The notes under the pieces were generated by a model. It saw only the letters and a program-made list of their open reading frames with translations, made no database searches and had not been told where the DNA came from. A DNA stretch of 64,000 nt from contig OZ059900.1 of the NCBI GenBank assembly GCA_964057225.1, forward strand, positions 15,500,001-15,564,000, in the 5' to 3' direction. Below, one piece after another: positions 40,698 through 55,400 of this stretch. Within the stretch, counting starts at the first letter, position 1. Each line of letters begins with the position of its first letter. Both the position numbers and the translations under genes were made by a program. Origin of the DNA: Auanema rhodensis. Lineage: Eukaryota; Animalia; Nematoda.

Positions 40698-43600
40698 TAG
40701 TGTTCAGCATGTGAAATGCTTCATTTTAGTATGTAACACGCTGAAATTCGTTGCATTTGACGACTCATATGAACAAAAATCGATTTAATCAATATTAGCC
40801 ATAAAGGGCGTGCCCTCAGAATATGCTAATTTCCTTAATTTTCTAACCCCTGTTTTTTTGTCGTGAAAGTGGAACTAGACGTTGTAGGAACAATTTTGAG
40901 CTAGGTTTCATTGACATTGCATGAGTTTGAACACATGAAATCGTAAGTCAAAACCTTGTTTACAGCGAAATTTCCAAAAACTGGTTTTCCAGCATAATAA
41001 AATATTTCTCATGGGAAATACTGTGTTTTTGTATTTTTCTAGTGTTCAGCATGTAAAATGCTTCATTTTAGTATGTAACACGCTGAAATTCGTTGCATTT
41101 GACGACTCATATGAACAAAAATCGATTTAATCAATATTAGCCATAAGGGGCGTGCCCTCAGAATATGCTAATTTCCTTAATTTTCTAACCCCTGTTTTTT
41201 TGTCGTGAAAGTGGAACTAGACATTGTATTAACAATTTTGAGCTAGGTTTCATTGACATTGCATGAGTTTGAACACATGAAATCGTAAGTCAAAACCTTG
41301 TTTACAGCGAAATTTCCAAAAACTGGTTTTCCAGCATAATAAAATATTTCTCATGGGTATTACTGTGTTTTTGTATTTTTCTAGTGTTCAGCATGTAAAA
41401 TGCTTCATTTTAGTATGTAACACGCTGAAATTCGTTGCATTTGACGACTCATATGAACAAAAATCGATTTAATCAATATTAGCCATAAGGGGCGTGCCCT
41501 CAGAATATGCTAATTTCCTTAATTTTCTAACCCCTGTTTTTTTGTCGCGAAAGTGGAACTAGACGTTGTACGAACAATTTTGAGCTGGGTTTCATTGACA
41601 TTGCATGAGTTTGAACACATGAAATCGTAAGTCAAAACCTTGTTTACAGCGAAATTTCCAAAAACTGGTTTTCCAGCATAATAAAATATTTCTCATGGGA
41701 AATACTGTGTTTTTGTATTTTTCTAGTGTTCAGCATGTAAAATGCTTCATTTTAGTATGTAACACGCTGAAATTCGTTGCATTTGACGACTCATATGAAC
41801 AAAAATCGATTTAATCAATATTAGCCATAAGGGGCGTGCCCTCAGAATATGCTAATTTCCTTAATTTTCTAACCCCTGTTTTTTTGTCGTGAAAGTGGAA
41901 CCAGACGTTGTACGAACAATTTTGAGCTAGGTTTCATTGACATTGCATGAGTTTGAACACATGAAATCGTAAGTCAAAACCTTGTTTACAGCGAAATTTC
42001 CAAAAACTGGTTTTCCAGCATAATAAAATATTTCTCATGGGAAATACTGTGTTTTGTATTTTTCTAGTGTTCAGCATGTAAAATGCTTCATTTTAGTATG
42101 TAACACGCTGAAATTCGTTGCATTTGACGACTCATATGAACAAAAATCGATTTAATCAATATTAGCCATAAGGGGCGTGCCCTCAGAATATGCTAATTTC
42201 CTTAATTTTCTAACCCCTGTTTTTTTGTCGTGAAAGTGGAACTAGACGTTGTACGAACAATTTTGAGCTGGGTTTCATTGACATTGCATGAGTTTGAACA
42301 CATGAAATCGTAAGTCAAAACCTTGTTTACAGCGAAATTTCCAAAAACTGGTTTTCCAGCATAATAAAATATTTCTCATGAGAAATACTGTGTTTTTGTA
42401 TTTTTCTAGTGTTCAGCATGTAAAATGCTTCATTTTAGTATGTAACACGCTGAAATTCGTTGCATTTGACGACTCATATGAACAAAAATCGATTTAATCA
42501 ATATTAGCCATAAGGGGCGTGCCCTCAGAATATGCTAATTTCCTTAATTTTCTAACCCCTGTTTTTTTGTCGTGAAAGTGGAACTAGACGTTGTACGAAC
42601 AATTTTGAGCTAGGTTTCATTTACATTGCATGAGTTTGAACACATGAAATCGTAAGTCAAAACCTTGTTTACAGCGAAATTTCCAAAAACTGGTTTTCCA
42701 GCATAATAAAATATTTCTCATGGGAAATACTGTGTTTTTGTATTTTTCTAGTGTTCAGCATGTAAAATGCTTCATTTTAGTATGTAACACGCTGAAATTC
42801 GTTGCATTTGATGACTCATATGAACAAAAATCGATTTAATCAATATTAGCCATAAGGGGCGTGCCCTCAGAATATGCTAATTTCCTTAATTTTCTAACCC
42901 CTGTTTTTTTGTCGTGAAAGTGGAATTAGACGTTGTACGAACAATTTTGAGCTAGGTTTCATTGACATTGCATGAGTTTGAACACATGAAATCGTAAGTC
43001 AAAACCTTGTTTACAGCGAAATTTCCAAAAACTGGTTTTCCAGCATAATAAAATATTTCTCATGGGAAATACTGTGTTTTTGTATTTTTCTAGTGTTCAG
43101 CATGTGAAATGCTTCATTTTAGTATGTAACACGCTGAAATTCGTTGCATTTGACGACTCATATGAACAAAAATCGATTTAATCAATATTAGCCATAAAGG
43201 GCGTGCCCTCAGAATATGCTAATTTCCTTAATTTTCTAACCCCTGTTTTTTTGTCGTGAAAGTGGAACTAGACGTTGTAGGAACAATTTTGAGCTAGGTT
43301 TCATTGACATTGCATGAGTTTGAACACATGAAATCGTAAGTCAAAACCTTGTTTACAGCGAAATTTCCAAAAACTGGTTTTCCAGCATAATAAAATATTT
43401 CTCATGGGAAATACTGTGTTTTTGTATTTTTCTAGTGTTCAGCATGTAAAATGCTTCATTTTAGTATGTAACACGCTGAAATTCGTTGCATTTGACGACT
43501 CATATGAACAAAAATCGATTTAATCAATATTAGCCATAAGGGGCGTGCCCTCAGAATATGCTAATTTCCTTAATTTTCTAACCCCTGTTTTTTTGTCGTG

Positions 43601-45483
43601 AAAGTGGAACTAGACATTGTATTAACAATTTTGAGCTAGGTTTCATTGACATTGCATGAGTTTGAACACATGAAATCGTAAGTCAAAACCTTGTTTACAG
43701 CGAAATTTCCAAAAACTGGTTTTCCAGCATAATAAAATATTTCTCATGGGTATTACTGTGTTTTTGTATTTTTCTAGTGTTCAGCATGTAAAATGCTTCA
43801 TTTTAGTATGTAACACGCTGAAATTCGTTGCATTTGACGACTCATATGAACAAAAATCGATTTAATCAATATTAGCCATAAGGGGCGTGCCCTCAGAATA
43901 TGCTAATTTCCTTAATTTTCTAACCCCTGTTTTTTTGTCGCGAAAGTGGAACTAGACGTTGTACGAACAATTTTGAGCTGGGTTTCATTGACATTGCATG
44001 AGTTTGAACACATGAAATCGTAAGTCAAAACCTTGTTTACAGCGAAATTTCCAAAAACTGGTTTTCCAGCATAATAAAATATTTCTCATGGGAAATACTG
44101 TGTTTTTGTATTTTTCTAGTGTTCAGCATGTAAAATGCTTCATTTTAGTATGTAACACGCTGAAATTCGTTGCATTTGACGACTCATATGAACAAAAATC
44201 GATTTAATCAATATTAGCCATAAGGGGCGTGCCCTCAGAATATGCTAATTTCCTTAATTTTCTAACCCCTGTTTTTTTGTCGTGAAAGTGGAACCAGACG
44301 TTGTACGAACAATTTTGAGCTAGGTTTCATTGACATTGCATGAGTTTGAACACATGAAATCGTAAGTCAAAACCTTGTTTACAGCGAAATTTCCAAAAAC
44401 TGGTTTTCCAGCATAATAAAATATTTCTCATGGGAAATACTGTGTTTTGTATTTTTCTAGTGTTCAGCATGTAAAATGCTTCATTTTAGTATGTAACACG
44501 CTGAAATTCGTTGCATTTGACGACTCATATGAACAAAAATCGATTTAATCAATATTAGCCATAAGGGGCGTGCCCTCAGAATATGCTAATTTCCTTAATT
44601 TTCTAACCCCTGTTTTTTTGTCGTGAAAGTGGAACTAGACGTTGTACGAACAATTTTGAGCTGGGTTTCATTGACATTGCATGAGTTTGAACACATGAAA
44701 TCGTAAGTCAAAACCTTGTTTACAGCGAAATTTCCAAAAACTGGTTTTCCAGCATAATAAAATATTTCTCATGAGAAATACTGTGTTTTTGTATTTTTCT
44801 AGTGTTCAGCATGTAAAATGCTTCATTTTAGTATGTAACACGCTGAAATTCGTTGCATTTGACGACTCATATGAACAAAAATCGATTTAATCAATATTAG
44901 CCATAAGGGGCGTGCCCTCAGAATATGCTAATTTCCTTAATTTTCTAACCCCTGTTTTTTTGTCGTGAAAGTGGAACTAGACGTTGTACGAACAATTTTG
45001 AGCTAGGTTTCATTTACATTGCATGAGTTTGAACACATGAAATCGTAAGTCAAAACCTTGTTTACAGCGAAATTTCCAAAAACTGGTTTTCCAGCATAAT
45101 AAAATATTTCTCATGGGAAATACTGTGTTTTTGTATTTTTCTAGTGTTCAGCATGTAAAATGCTTCATTTTAGTATGTAACACGCTGAAATTCGTTGCAT
45201 TTGATGACTCATATGAACAAAAATCGATTTAATCAATATTAGCCATAAGGGGCGTGCCCTCAGAATATGCTAATTTCCTTAATTTTCTAACCCCTGTTTT
45301 TTTGTCGTGAAAGTGGAACTAGACGTTGTACGAACAATTTTGAGCTGGGTTTCATTGACATTGCATGAGTTTGAACACATGAAATCGTAAGTCAAAACCT
45401 TGTTTACAGCGAAATTTCCAAAAACTGGTTTTCCAGCATAATAAAATATTTCTCATGGGAAATACTGTGTTTTTGTATTTTTC
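40698..45483 (+). repeat. Tandem duplication of a 7-monomer unit (period 2393 bp; M120-126 ~ M127-133)
   Basis: Same variant order in both copies, including a shared 1-bp deletion in the T5 run (GTGTTTTGT near 42051 and 44445), CATGAGA, CATTTAC and TTGATGA. The 3' parts of M126 and M133 differ. Confidence 0.88.
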
Positions 45484-48400
45484 TAGTGTTCAGCATGTAA
45501 AATGCTTCATTTTAGTATGTAACACGCTGAAATTCGTTGCATTTGACGACTCATATGAACAAAAATCGATTTAATCAATATTAGCCATAAGGGGCGTGCC
45601 CTCTGAATATGCTAATTTCCTTAATTTTCTAACCCTTGTTTTTTTGTCGTGAAAGTGGAACTAGACGTTGTACGAACAATTTTGAGCCAGGTTTCATTTA
45701 CATTGCATGAGTTTGAACACATGAAATCGTAAGTCAAAACCTTGTTTACAGCGAAATTTCCAAAAACTGGTTTTCCAGCATAATAAAATATTTCTCATGG
45801 GAAATACTGTGTTTTTGTATTTTTCTAGTGTTCAGCATGTAAAATGCTTCATTTTAGTATGTAACACGCTGAAATTCGTTGCATTTGACGACTCATATGA
45901 ACAAAAACCGATTTAATCAATATTAGCCATAAGGGGCGTGCCCTCAGAATATGCTAATTTCCTTAATTTTCTAACCCCTGTTTTTTTGTCGTGAAAGTGG
46001 AACTAGACGTTGTACGAACAATTTTGAGCTAGGTTTCATTTACATTGCATGAGTTTGAACACATGAAATCGTAAGTCAAAACCTTGTTTACAGCGAAATT
46101 TCCAAAAACTGGTTTTCCAGCATAATAAAATATTTCTCATGAGAAATACTGTGTTTTTGTATTTTTCTAGTGTTCAGCATGTAAAATGCTTCATTTTAGT
46201 ATGTAACACGCTGAAATTCGTTGCATTTGACTACTCATATGAACAAAAATCGATTTAATCAATATTAGCCATAAGGGGCGTGCCCTCAGAATATGCTAAT
46301 TTCCTTAATTTTCTAACCCCTGTTTTTTTGTCGTGAAAGTAGAACTAGACGTTGTACAAACAATTTTGAGCTAGGTTTCATTGACATTGCATGAGTTTGA
46401 ACACATGAAATCGTAAGTCAAAACCTTGTTTACAGCGAAATTTCCAAAAACTGGTTTTCCAGCATAATAAAATATTTCTCATGGGAAATACTGTGTTTTT
46501 GTATTTTTCTAGAGTTCAGCATGTGAAATGCTTCATTTTAGTATGTAATACGCTGAAATTCGTTGCATTTGACGACTCATATGAACAAAAATCGATTTAA
46601 TCAATATTAGCCATAAGGGGCGTGCCCTCAGAATATGCTAATTTCCTTAATTTTCTAACCCTTGTTTTTTTGTCGTGAAAGTGGAACTAGACGTTGTACG
46701 AACAATTTTGAGCCAGGTTTCATTTACATTGCATGAGTTTGAACACATGAAATCGTAAGTCAAAACCTTGTTTACAGCGAAATTTCCAAAAACTGGTTTT
46801 CCAGCATAATAAAATATTTCTCATGGGAAATACTGTGTTTTTGTATTTTTCTAGTGTTCAGCATGTAAAATGCTTCATTTTAGTATGTAACACGCTGAAA
46901 TTCGTTGCATTTGACTACTCATATGAACAAAAATCGATTTAATCAATATTAGCCATAAGGGGCGTGCCCTCAGAATATGCTAATTTCCTTAATTTTCTAA
47001 CCCCTGTTTTTTTGTCGTGAAAGTAGAACTAGACGTTGTACAAACAATTTTGAGCTAGGTTTCATTGACATTGCATGAGTTTGAACACATGAAATCGTAA
47101 GTCAAAACCTTGTTTACAGCGAAATTTCCAAAAACTGGTTTTCCAGCATAATAAAATATTTCTCATGGGAAATACTGTGTTTTTGTATTTTTCTAGAGTT
47201 CAGCATGTGAAATGCTTCATTTTAGTATGTAATACGCTGAAATTCGTTGCATTTGACGACTCATATGAACAAAAATCGATTTAATCAATATTAGCCATAA
47301 GGGGCGTGCCCTCAGAATATGCTAATTTCCTTAATTTTCTAACCCCTGTTTTTTTGTCGTGAAAGTGGAACTAGACGTTGTACGAACAATTTTGAGCTAG
47401 GTTTCATTTACATTGCATGAGTTTGCACACATGAAATCGTAAGTCAAAACCTTGTTTACAACGAAATTTCCAAAAACTGGTTTTCCAGCATAATAAAATA
47501 TTTCTCATGGGAAATACTGTGTTTTTGTATTTTTCTAGTGTTCAGCATGTAAACTGCTTCATTTTAGTATGTAACACGCTGAAATTCGTTGCATTTGACT
47601 ACTCATATGAACAAAAATCGATTTAATCAATATTAGCCATAAGGGGCGTGCCCTCAGAATATGCTAATTTCCTTAATTTTCTAACCCCTGTTTTTTTGTC
47701 GTGAAAGTGGAACTAGACGTTGTACAAACAATTTTGAGCTAGGTTTCATTGACATTGCATGAGTTTGAACACATGAAATCGTGAGTCAAAACCTTGTTTA
47801 CAGCGAAATTTCCAAAAACTGGTTTTCCAGCATAATAAAATATTTCTCATGAGAAATACTGTGTTTTTGTATTTTTCTATTGTTCAGCATGTAAAATGCT
47901 TCATTTTAGTATGTAACACGCTGAAATTCGTTGCATTTGACGACTCATATGAACAAAAATCGATTTAATCAATATTAGCCATAAGGGGCGTGCCCTCAGA
48001 ATATGCTAATTTCCTTAATTTTCTAACCCCTGTTTTTTTGTCGTGAAAGTGGAACTAGACGTTGTAGGAACAATTTTGAGCTAGGTTTCATTGACATTGC
48101 ATGAGTTTGAACACATGAAATCGTAAGTCAAAACCTTGTTTACAGCGAAATTTCCAAAAACTGGTTTTCCAGCATAATAAAATATTTCTCATGGGAAATA
48201 CTGTGTTTTTGTATTTTTCTAGTGTTCAGCATGTAAAATGCTTCATTTTAGTATGTAACACGCTGAAATTCGTTGCATTTGACGACTCATATGAACAAAA
48301 ATCGATTTAATCAATATTAGCCATAAGGGGCGTGCCCTCAGAATATGCTAATTTCCTTAATTTTCTAACCCCTGTTTTTTTGTCGTGAAAGTGGAACTAG

Positions 48401-51400
48401 ACATTGTATTAACAATTTTGAGCTAGGTTTCATTGACATTGCATGAGTTTGAACACATGAAATCGTAAGTCAAAACCTTGTTTACAGCGAAATTTCCAAA
48501 AACTGGTTTTCCAGCATAATAAAATATTTCTCATGAGAAATACTGTGTTTTTGTATTTTTCTATTGTTCAGCATGTAAAATGCTTCATTTTAGTATGTAA
48601 CACGCTGAAATTCGTTGCATTTGACGACTCATATGAACAAAAATCGATTTAATCAATATTAGCCATAAGGGGCGTGCCCTCAGAATATGCTAATTTCCTT
48701 AATTTTCTAACCCCTGTTTTTTTGTCGTGAAAGTGGAACTAGACGTTGTAGGAACAATTTTGAGCTAGGTTTCATTGACATTGCATGAGTTTGAACACAT
48801 GAAATCGTAAGTCAAAACCTTGTTTACAGCGAAATTTCCAAAAACTGGTTTTCCAGCATAATAAAATATTTCTCATGGGAAATACTGTGTTTTTGTATTT
48901 TTCTAGTGTTCAGCATGTAAAATGCTTCATTTTAGTATGTAACACGCTGAAATTCGTTGCATTTGACGACTCATATGAACAAAAATCGATTTAATCAATA
49001 TTAGCCATAAGGGGCGTGCCCTCAGAATATGCTAATTTCCTTAATTTTCTAACCCCTGTTTTTTTGTCGTGAAAGTGGAACTAGACATTGTATTAACAAT
49101 TTTGAGCTAGGTTTCATTGACATTGCATGAGTTTGAACACATGAAATCGTAAGTCAAAACCTTGTTTACAGCGAAATTTCCAAAAACTGGTTTTCCAGCA
49201 TAATAAAATATTTCTCATGGGTATTACTGTGTTTTTGTATTTTTCTAGTGTTCAGCATGTAAAATGCTTCATTTTAGTATGTAACACGCTGAAATTCGTT
49301 GCATTTGACGACTCATATGAACAAAAATCGATTTAATCAATATTAGCCATAAGGGGCGTGCCCTCAGAATATGCTAATTTCCTTAATTTTCTAACCCCTG
49401 TTTTTTTGTCGCGAAAGTGGAACTAGACGTTGTACGAACAATTTTGAGCTGGGTTTCATTGACATTGCATGAGTTTGAACACATGAAATCGTAAGTCAAA
49501 ACCTTGTTTACAGCGAAATTTCCAAAAACTGGTTTTCCAGCATAATAAAATATTTCTCATGGGAAATACTGTGTTTTTGTATTTTTCTAGTGTTCAGCAT
49601 GTAAAATGCTTCATTTTAGTATGTAACACGCTGAAATTCGTTGCATTTGACGACTCATATGAACAAAAATCGATTTAATCAATATTAGCCATAAGGGGCG
49701 TGCCCTCAGAATATGCTAATTTCCTTAATTTTCTAACCCCTGTTTTTTTGTCGTGAAAGTGGAACCAGACGTTGTACGAACAATTTTGAGCTAGGTTTCA
49801 TTGACATTGCATGAGTTTGAACACATGAAATCGTAAGTCAAAACCTTGTTTACAGCGAAATTTCCAAAAACTGGTTTTCCAGCATAATAAAATATTTCTC
49901 ATGGGAAATACTGTGTTTTGTATTTTTCTAGTGTTCAGCATGTAAAATGCTTCATTTTAGTATGTAACACGCTGAAATTCGTTGCATTTGACGACTCATA
50001 TGAACAAAAATCGATTTAATCAATATTAGCCATAAGGGGCGTGCCCTCAGAATATGCTAATTTCCTTAATTTTCTAACCCCTGTTTTTTTGTCGTGAAAG
50101 TGGAACTAGACGTTGTACGAACAATTTTGAGCTGGGTTTCATTGACATTGCATGAGTTTGAACACATGAAATCGTAAGTCAAAACCTTGTTTACAGCGAA
50201 ATTTCCAAAAACTGGTTTTCCAGCATAATAAAATATTTCTCATGAGAAATACTGTGTTTTTGTATTTTTCTAGTGTTCAGCATGTAAAATGCTTCATTTT
50301 AGTATGTAACACGCTGAAATTCGTTGCATTTGACGACTCATATGAACAAAAATCGATTTAATCAATATTAGCCATAAGGGGCGTGCCCTCAGAATATGCT
50401 AATTTCCTTAATTTTCTAACCCCTGTTTTTTTGTCGTGAAAGTGGAACTAGACGTTGTACGAACAATTTTGAGCTAGGTTTCATTTACATTGCATGAGTT
50501 TGAACACATGAAATCGTAAGTCAAAACCTTGTTTACAGCGAAATTTCCAAAAACTGGTTTTCCAGCATAATAAAATATTTCTCATGGGAAATACTGTGTT
50601 TTTGTATTTTTCTAGTGTTCAGCATGTAAAATGCTTCATTTTAGTATGTAACACGCTGAAATTCGTTGCATTTGATGACTCATATGAACAAAAATCGATT
50701 TAATCAATATTAGCCATAAGGGGCGTGCCCTCAGAATATGCTAATTTCCTTAATTTTCTAACCCCTGTTTTTTTGTCGTGAAAGTGGAACTAGACGTTGT
50801 ACGAACAATTTTGAGCTGGGTTTCATTGACATTGCATGAGTTTGAACACATGAAATCGTAAGTCAAAACCTTGTTTACAGCGAAATTTCCAAAAACTGGT
50901 TTTCCAGCATAATAAAATATTTCTCATGGGAAATACTGTGTTTTTGTATTTTTCTAGTGTTCAGCATGTAAAATGCTTCATTTTAGTATGTAACACGCTG
51001 AAATTCGTTGCATTTGACGACTCATATGAACAAAAATCGATTTAATCAATATTAGCCATAAGGGGCGTGCCCTCTGAATATGCTAATTTCCTTAATTTTC
51101 TAACCCTTGTTTTTTTGTCGTGAAAGTGGAACTAGACGTTGTACGAACAATTTTGAGCCAGGTTTCATTTACATTGCATGAGTTTGAACACATGAAATCG
51201 TAAGTCAAAACCTTGTTTACAGCGAAATTTCCAAAAACTGGTTTTCCAGCATAATAAAATATTTCTCATGGGAAATACTGTGTTTTTGTATTTTTCTAGT
51301 GTTCAGCATGTAAAATGCTTCATTTTAGTATGTAACACGCTGAAATTCGTTGCATTTGACGACTCATATGAACAAAAACCGATTTAATCAATATTAGCCA

Positions 51401-54400
51401 TAAGGGGCGTGCCCTCAGAATATGCTAATTTCCTTAATTTTCTAACCCCTGTTTTTTTGTCGTGAAAGTGGAACTAGACGTTGTACGAACAATTTTGAGC
51501 TAGGTTTCATTTACATTGCATGAGTTTGAACACATGAAATCGTAAGTCAAAACCTTGTTTACAGCGAAATTTCCAAAAACTGGTTTTCCAGCATAATAAA
51601 ATATTTCTCATGAGAAATACTGTGTTTTTGTATTTTTCTAGTGTTCAGCATGTAAAATGCTTCATTTTAGTATGTAACACGCTGAAATTCGTTGCATTTG
51701 ACTACTCATATGAACAAAAATCGATTTAATCAATATTAGCCATAAGGGGCGTGCCCTCAGAATATGCTAATTTCCTTAATTTTCTAACCCCTGTTTTTTT
51801 GTCGTGAAAGTAGAACTAGACGTTGTACAAACAATTTTGAGCTAGGTTTCATTGACATTGCATGAGTTTGAACACATGAAATCGTAAGTCAAAACCTTGT
51901 TTACAGCGAAATTTCCAAAAACTGGTTTTCCAGCATAATAAAATATTTCTCATGGGAAATACTGTGTTTTTGTATTTTTCTAGAGTTCAGCATGTGAAAT
52001 GCTTCATTTTAGTATGTAATACGCTGAAATTCGTTGCATTTGACGACTCATATGAACAAAAATCGATTTAATCAATATTAGCCATAAGGGGCGTGCCCTC
52101 AGAATATGCTAATTTCCTTAATTTTCTAACCCTTGTTTTTTTGTCGTGAAAGTGGAACTAGACGTTGTACGAACAATTTTGAGCCAGGTTTCATTTACAT
52201 TGCATGAGTTTGAACACATGAAATCGTAAGTCAAAACCTTGTTTACAGCGAAATTTCCAAAAACTGGTTTTCCAGCATAATAAAATATTTCTCATGGGAA
52301 ATACTGTGTTTTTGTATTTTTCTAGTGTTCAGCATGTAAAATGCTTCATTTTAGTATGTAACACGCTGAAATTCGTTGCATTTGATGACTCATATGAACA
52401 AAAATCGATTTAATCAATATTAGCCATAAGGGGCGTGCCCTCAGAATATGCTAATTTCCTTAATTTTCTAACCCCTGTTTTTTTGTCGTGAAAGTGGAAC
52501 TAGACGTTGTACGAACAATTTTGAGCTGGGTTTCATTGACATTGCATGAGTTTGAACACATGAAATCGTAAGTCAAAACCTTGTTTACAGCGAAATTTCC
52601 AAAAACTGGTTTTCCAGCATAATAAAATATTTCTCATGGGAAATACTGTGTTTTTGTATTTTTCTAGTGTTCAGCATGTAAAATGCTTCATTTTAGTATG
52701 TAACACGCTGAAATTCGTTGCATTTGACGACTCATATGAACAAAAATCGATTTAATCAATATTAGCCATAAGGGGCGTGCCCTCTGAATATGCTAATTTC
52801 CTTAATTTTCTAACCCTTGTTTTTTTGTCGTGAAAGTGGAACTAGACGTTGTACGAACAATTTTGAGCCAGGTTTCATTTACATTGCATGAGTTTGAACA
52901 CATGAAATCGTAAGTCAAAACCTTGTTTACAGCGAAATTTCCAAAAACTGGTTTTCCAGCATAATAAAATATTTCTCATGGGAAATACTGTGTTTTTGTA
53001 TTTTTCTAGTGTTCAGCATGTAAAATGCTTCATTTTAGTATGTAACACGCTGAAATTCGTTGCATTTGACGACTCATATGAACAAAAACCGATTTAATCA
53101 ATATTAGCCATAAGGGGCGTGCCCTCAGAATATGCTAATTTCCTTAATTTTCTAACCCCTGTTTTTTTGTCGTGAAAGTGGAACTAGACGTTGTACGAAC
53201 AATTTTGAGCTAGGTTTCATTTACATTGCATGAGTTTGAACACATGAAATCGTAAGTCAAAACCTTGTTTACAGCGAAATTTCCAAAAACTGGTTTTCCA
53301 GCATAATAAAATATTTCTCATGAGAAATACTGTGTTTTTGTATTTTTCTAGTGTTCAGCATGTAAAATGCTTCATTTTAGTATGTAACACGCTGAAATTC
53401 GTTGCATTTGACTACTCATATGAACAAAAATCGATTTAATCAATATTAGCCATAAGGGGCGTGCCCTCAGAATATGCTAATTTCCTTAATTTTCTAACCC
53501 CTGTTTTTTTGTCGTGAAAGTAGAACTAGACGTTGTACAAACAATTTTGAGCTAGGTTTCATTGACATTGCATGAGTTTGAACACATGAAATCGTAAGTC
53601 AAAACCTTGTTTACAGCGAAATTTCCAAAAACTGGTTTTCCAGCATAATAAAATATTTCTCATGGGAAATACTGTGTTTTTGTATTTTTCTAGAGTTCAG
53701 CATGTGAAATGCTTCATTTTAGTATGTAATACGCTGAAATTCGTTGCATTTGACGACTCATATGAACAAAAATCGATTTAATCAATATTAGCCATAAGGG
53801 GCGTGCCCTCAGAATATGCTAATTTCCTTAATTTTCTAACCCTTGTTTTTTTGTCGTGAAAGTGGAACTAGACGTTGTACGAACAATTTTGAGCCAGGTT
53901 TCATTTACATTGCATGAGTTTGAACACATGAAATCGTAAGTCAAAACCTTGTTTACAGCGAAATTTCCAAAAACTGGTTTTCCAGCATAATAAAATATTT
54001 CTCATGGGAAATACTGTGTTTTTGTATTTTTCTAGTGTTCAGCATGTAAAATGCTTCATTTTAGTATGTAACACGCTGAAATTCGTTGCATTTGACTACT
54101 CATATGAACAAAAATCGATTTAATCAATATTAGCCATAAGGGGCGTGCCCTCAGAATATGCTAATTTCCTTAATTTTCTAACCCCTATTTTTTTGTCGTG
54201 AAAGTAGAACTAGACGTTGTACAAACAATTTTGAGCTAGGTTTCATTGACATTGCATGAGTTTGAACACATGAAATCGTAAGTCAAAACCTTGTTTACAG
54301 CGAAATTTCCAAAAACTGGTTTTCCAGCATAATAAAATATTTCTCATGGGAAATACTGTGTTTTTGTATTTTTCTAGAGTTCAGCATGTGAAATTCTTCA

Positions 54401-55400
54401 TTTTAGTATGTAATACGCTGAAATTCGTTGCATTTGACGACTCATATGAACAAAAATCGATTTAATCAATATTAGCCATAAGGGGCGTGCCCTCAGAATA
54501 TGCTAATTTCCTTAATTTTCTAACCCCTGTTTTTTTGTCGTGAAAGTGGAACTAGACGTTGTACGAACAATTTTGAGCTAGGTTTCATTTACATTGCATG
54601 AGTTTGCACACATGAAATCGTAAGTCAAAACCTTGTTTACAACGAAATTTCCAAAAACTGGTTTTCCAGCATAATAAAATATTTCTCATGGGAAATACTG
54701 TGTTTTTGTATTTTTCTAGTGTTCAGCATGTAAACTGCTTCATTTTAGTATGTAACACGCTGAAATTCGTTGCATTTGACTACTCATATGAACAAAAATC
54801 GATTTAATCAATATTAGCCATAAGGGGCGTGCCCTCAGAATATGCTAATTTCCTTAATTTTCTAACCCCTGTTTTTTTGTCGTGAAAGTGGAACTAGACG
54901 TTGTACAAACAATTTTGAGCTAGGTTTCATTGACATTGCATGAGTTTGAACACATGAAATCGTAAGTCAAAACCTTGTTTACAGCGAAATTTCCAAAAAC
55001 TGGTTTTCCAGCATAATAAAATATTTCTCATGAGAAATACTGTGTTTTTGTATTTTTCTATTGTTCAGCATGTAAAATGCTTCATTTTAGTATGTAACAC
55101 GCTGAAATTCGTTGCATTTGACGACTCATATGAACAAAAATCGATTTAATCAATATTAGCCATAAGGGGCGTGCCCTCAGAATATGCTAATTTCCTTAAT
55201 TTTCTAACCCCTGTTTTTTTGTCGTGAAAGTGGAACTAGACGTTGTACGAACAATTTTGAGCTAGGTTTCATTTACATTGCATGAGTTTGAACACATGAA
55301 ATCGTAAGTCAAAACCTTGTTTACAGCGAAATTTCCAAAAACTGGTTTTCCAGCATAATAAAATATTTCTCATGGGAAATACTGTGTTTTTGTATTTTTC
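43433..55400 (+). repeat. Duplication at 16-monomer offset (M128-141 ~ M144-162, offset 5471 bp) with an extra internal 5-mer in the second copy
   Basis: Shared ordered markers: T-run deletion (third copy near 49916), CCTCTG+CCCTTG+GAGCCA, AAAACCG, GACTAC+GTAGAA+TACAAA, TAGAGT+GTAATAC, TTGCAC+ACAACG, TAAACTG, CTATTG. Confidence 0.85.
50613..54032 (+). repeat. Tandem duplication of a 5-monomer unit (period 1710 bp; M149-153 = M154-158)
   Basis: The series TTGATGA / CCTCTG / AAAACCG / GACTAC / TAGAGT is repeated twice with no differences that I could see. Confidence 0.88.
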
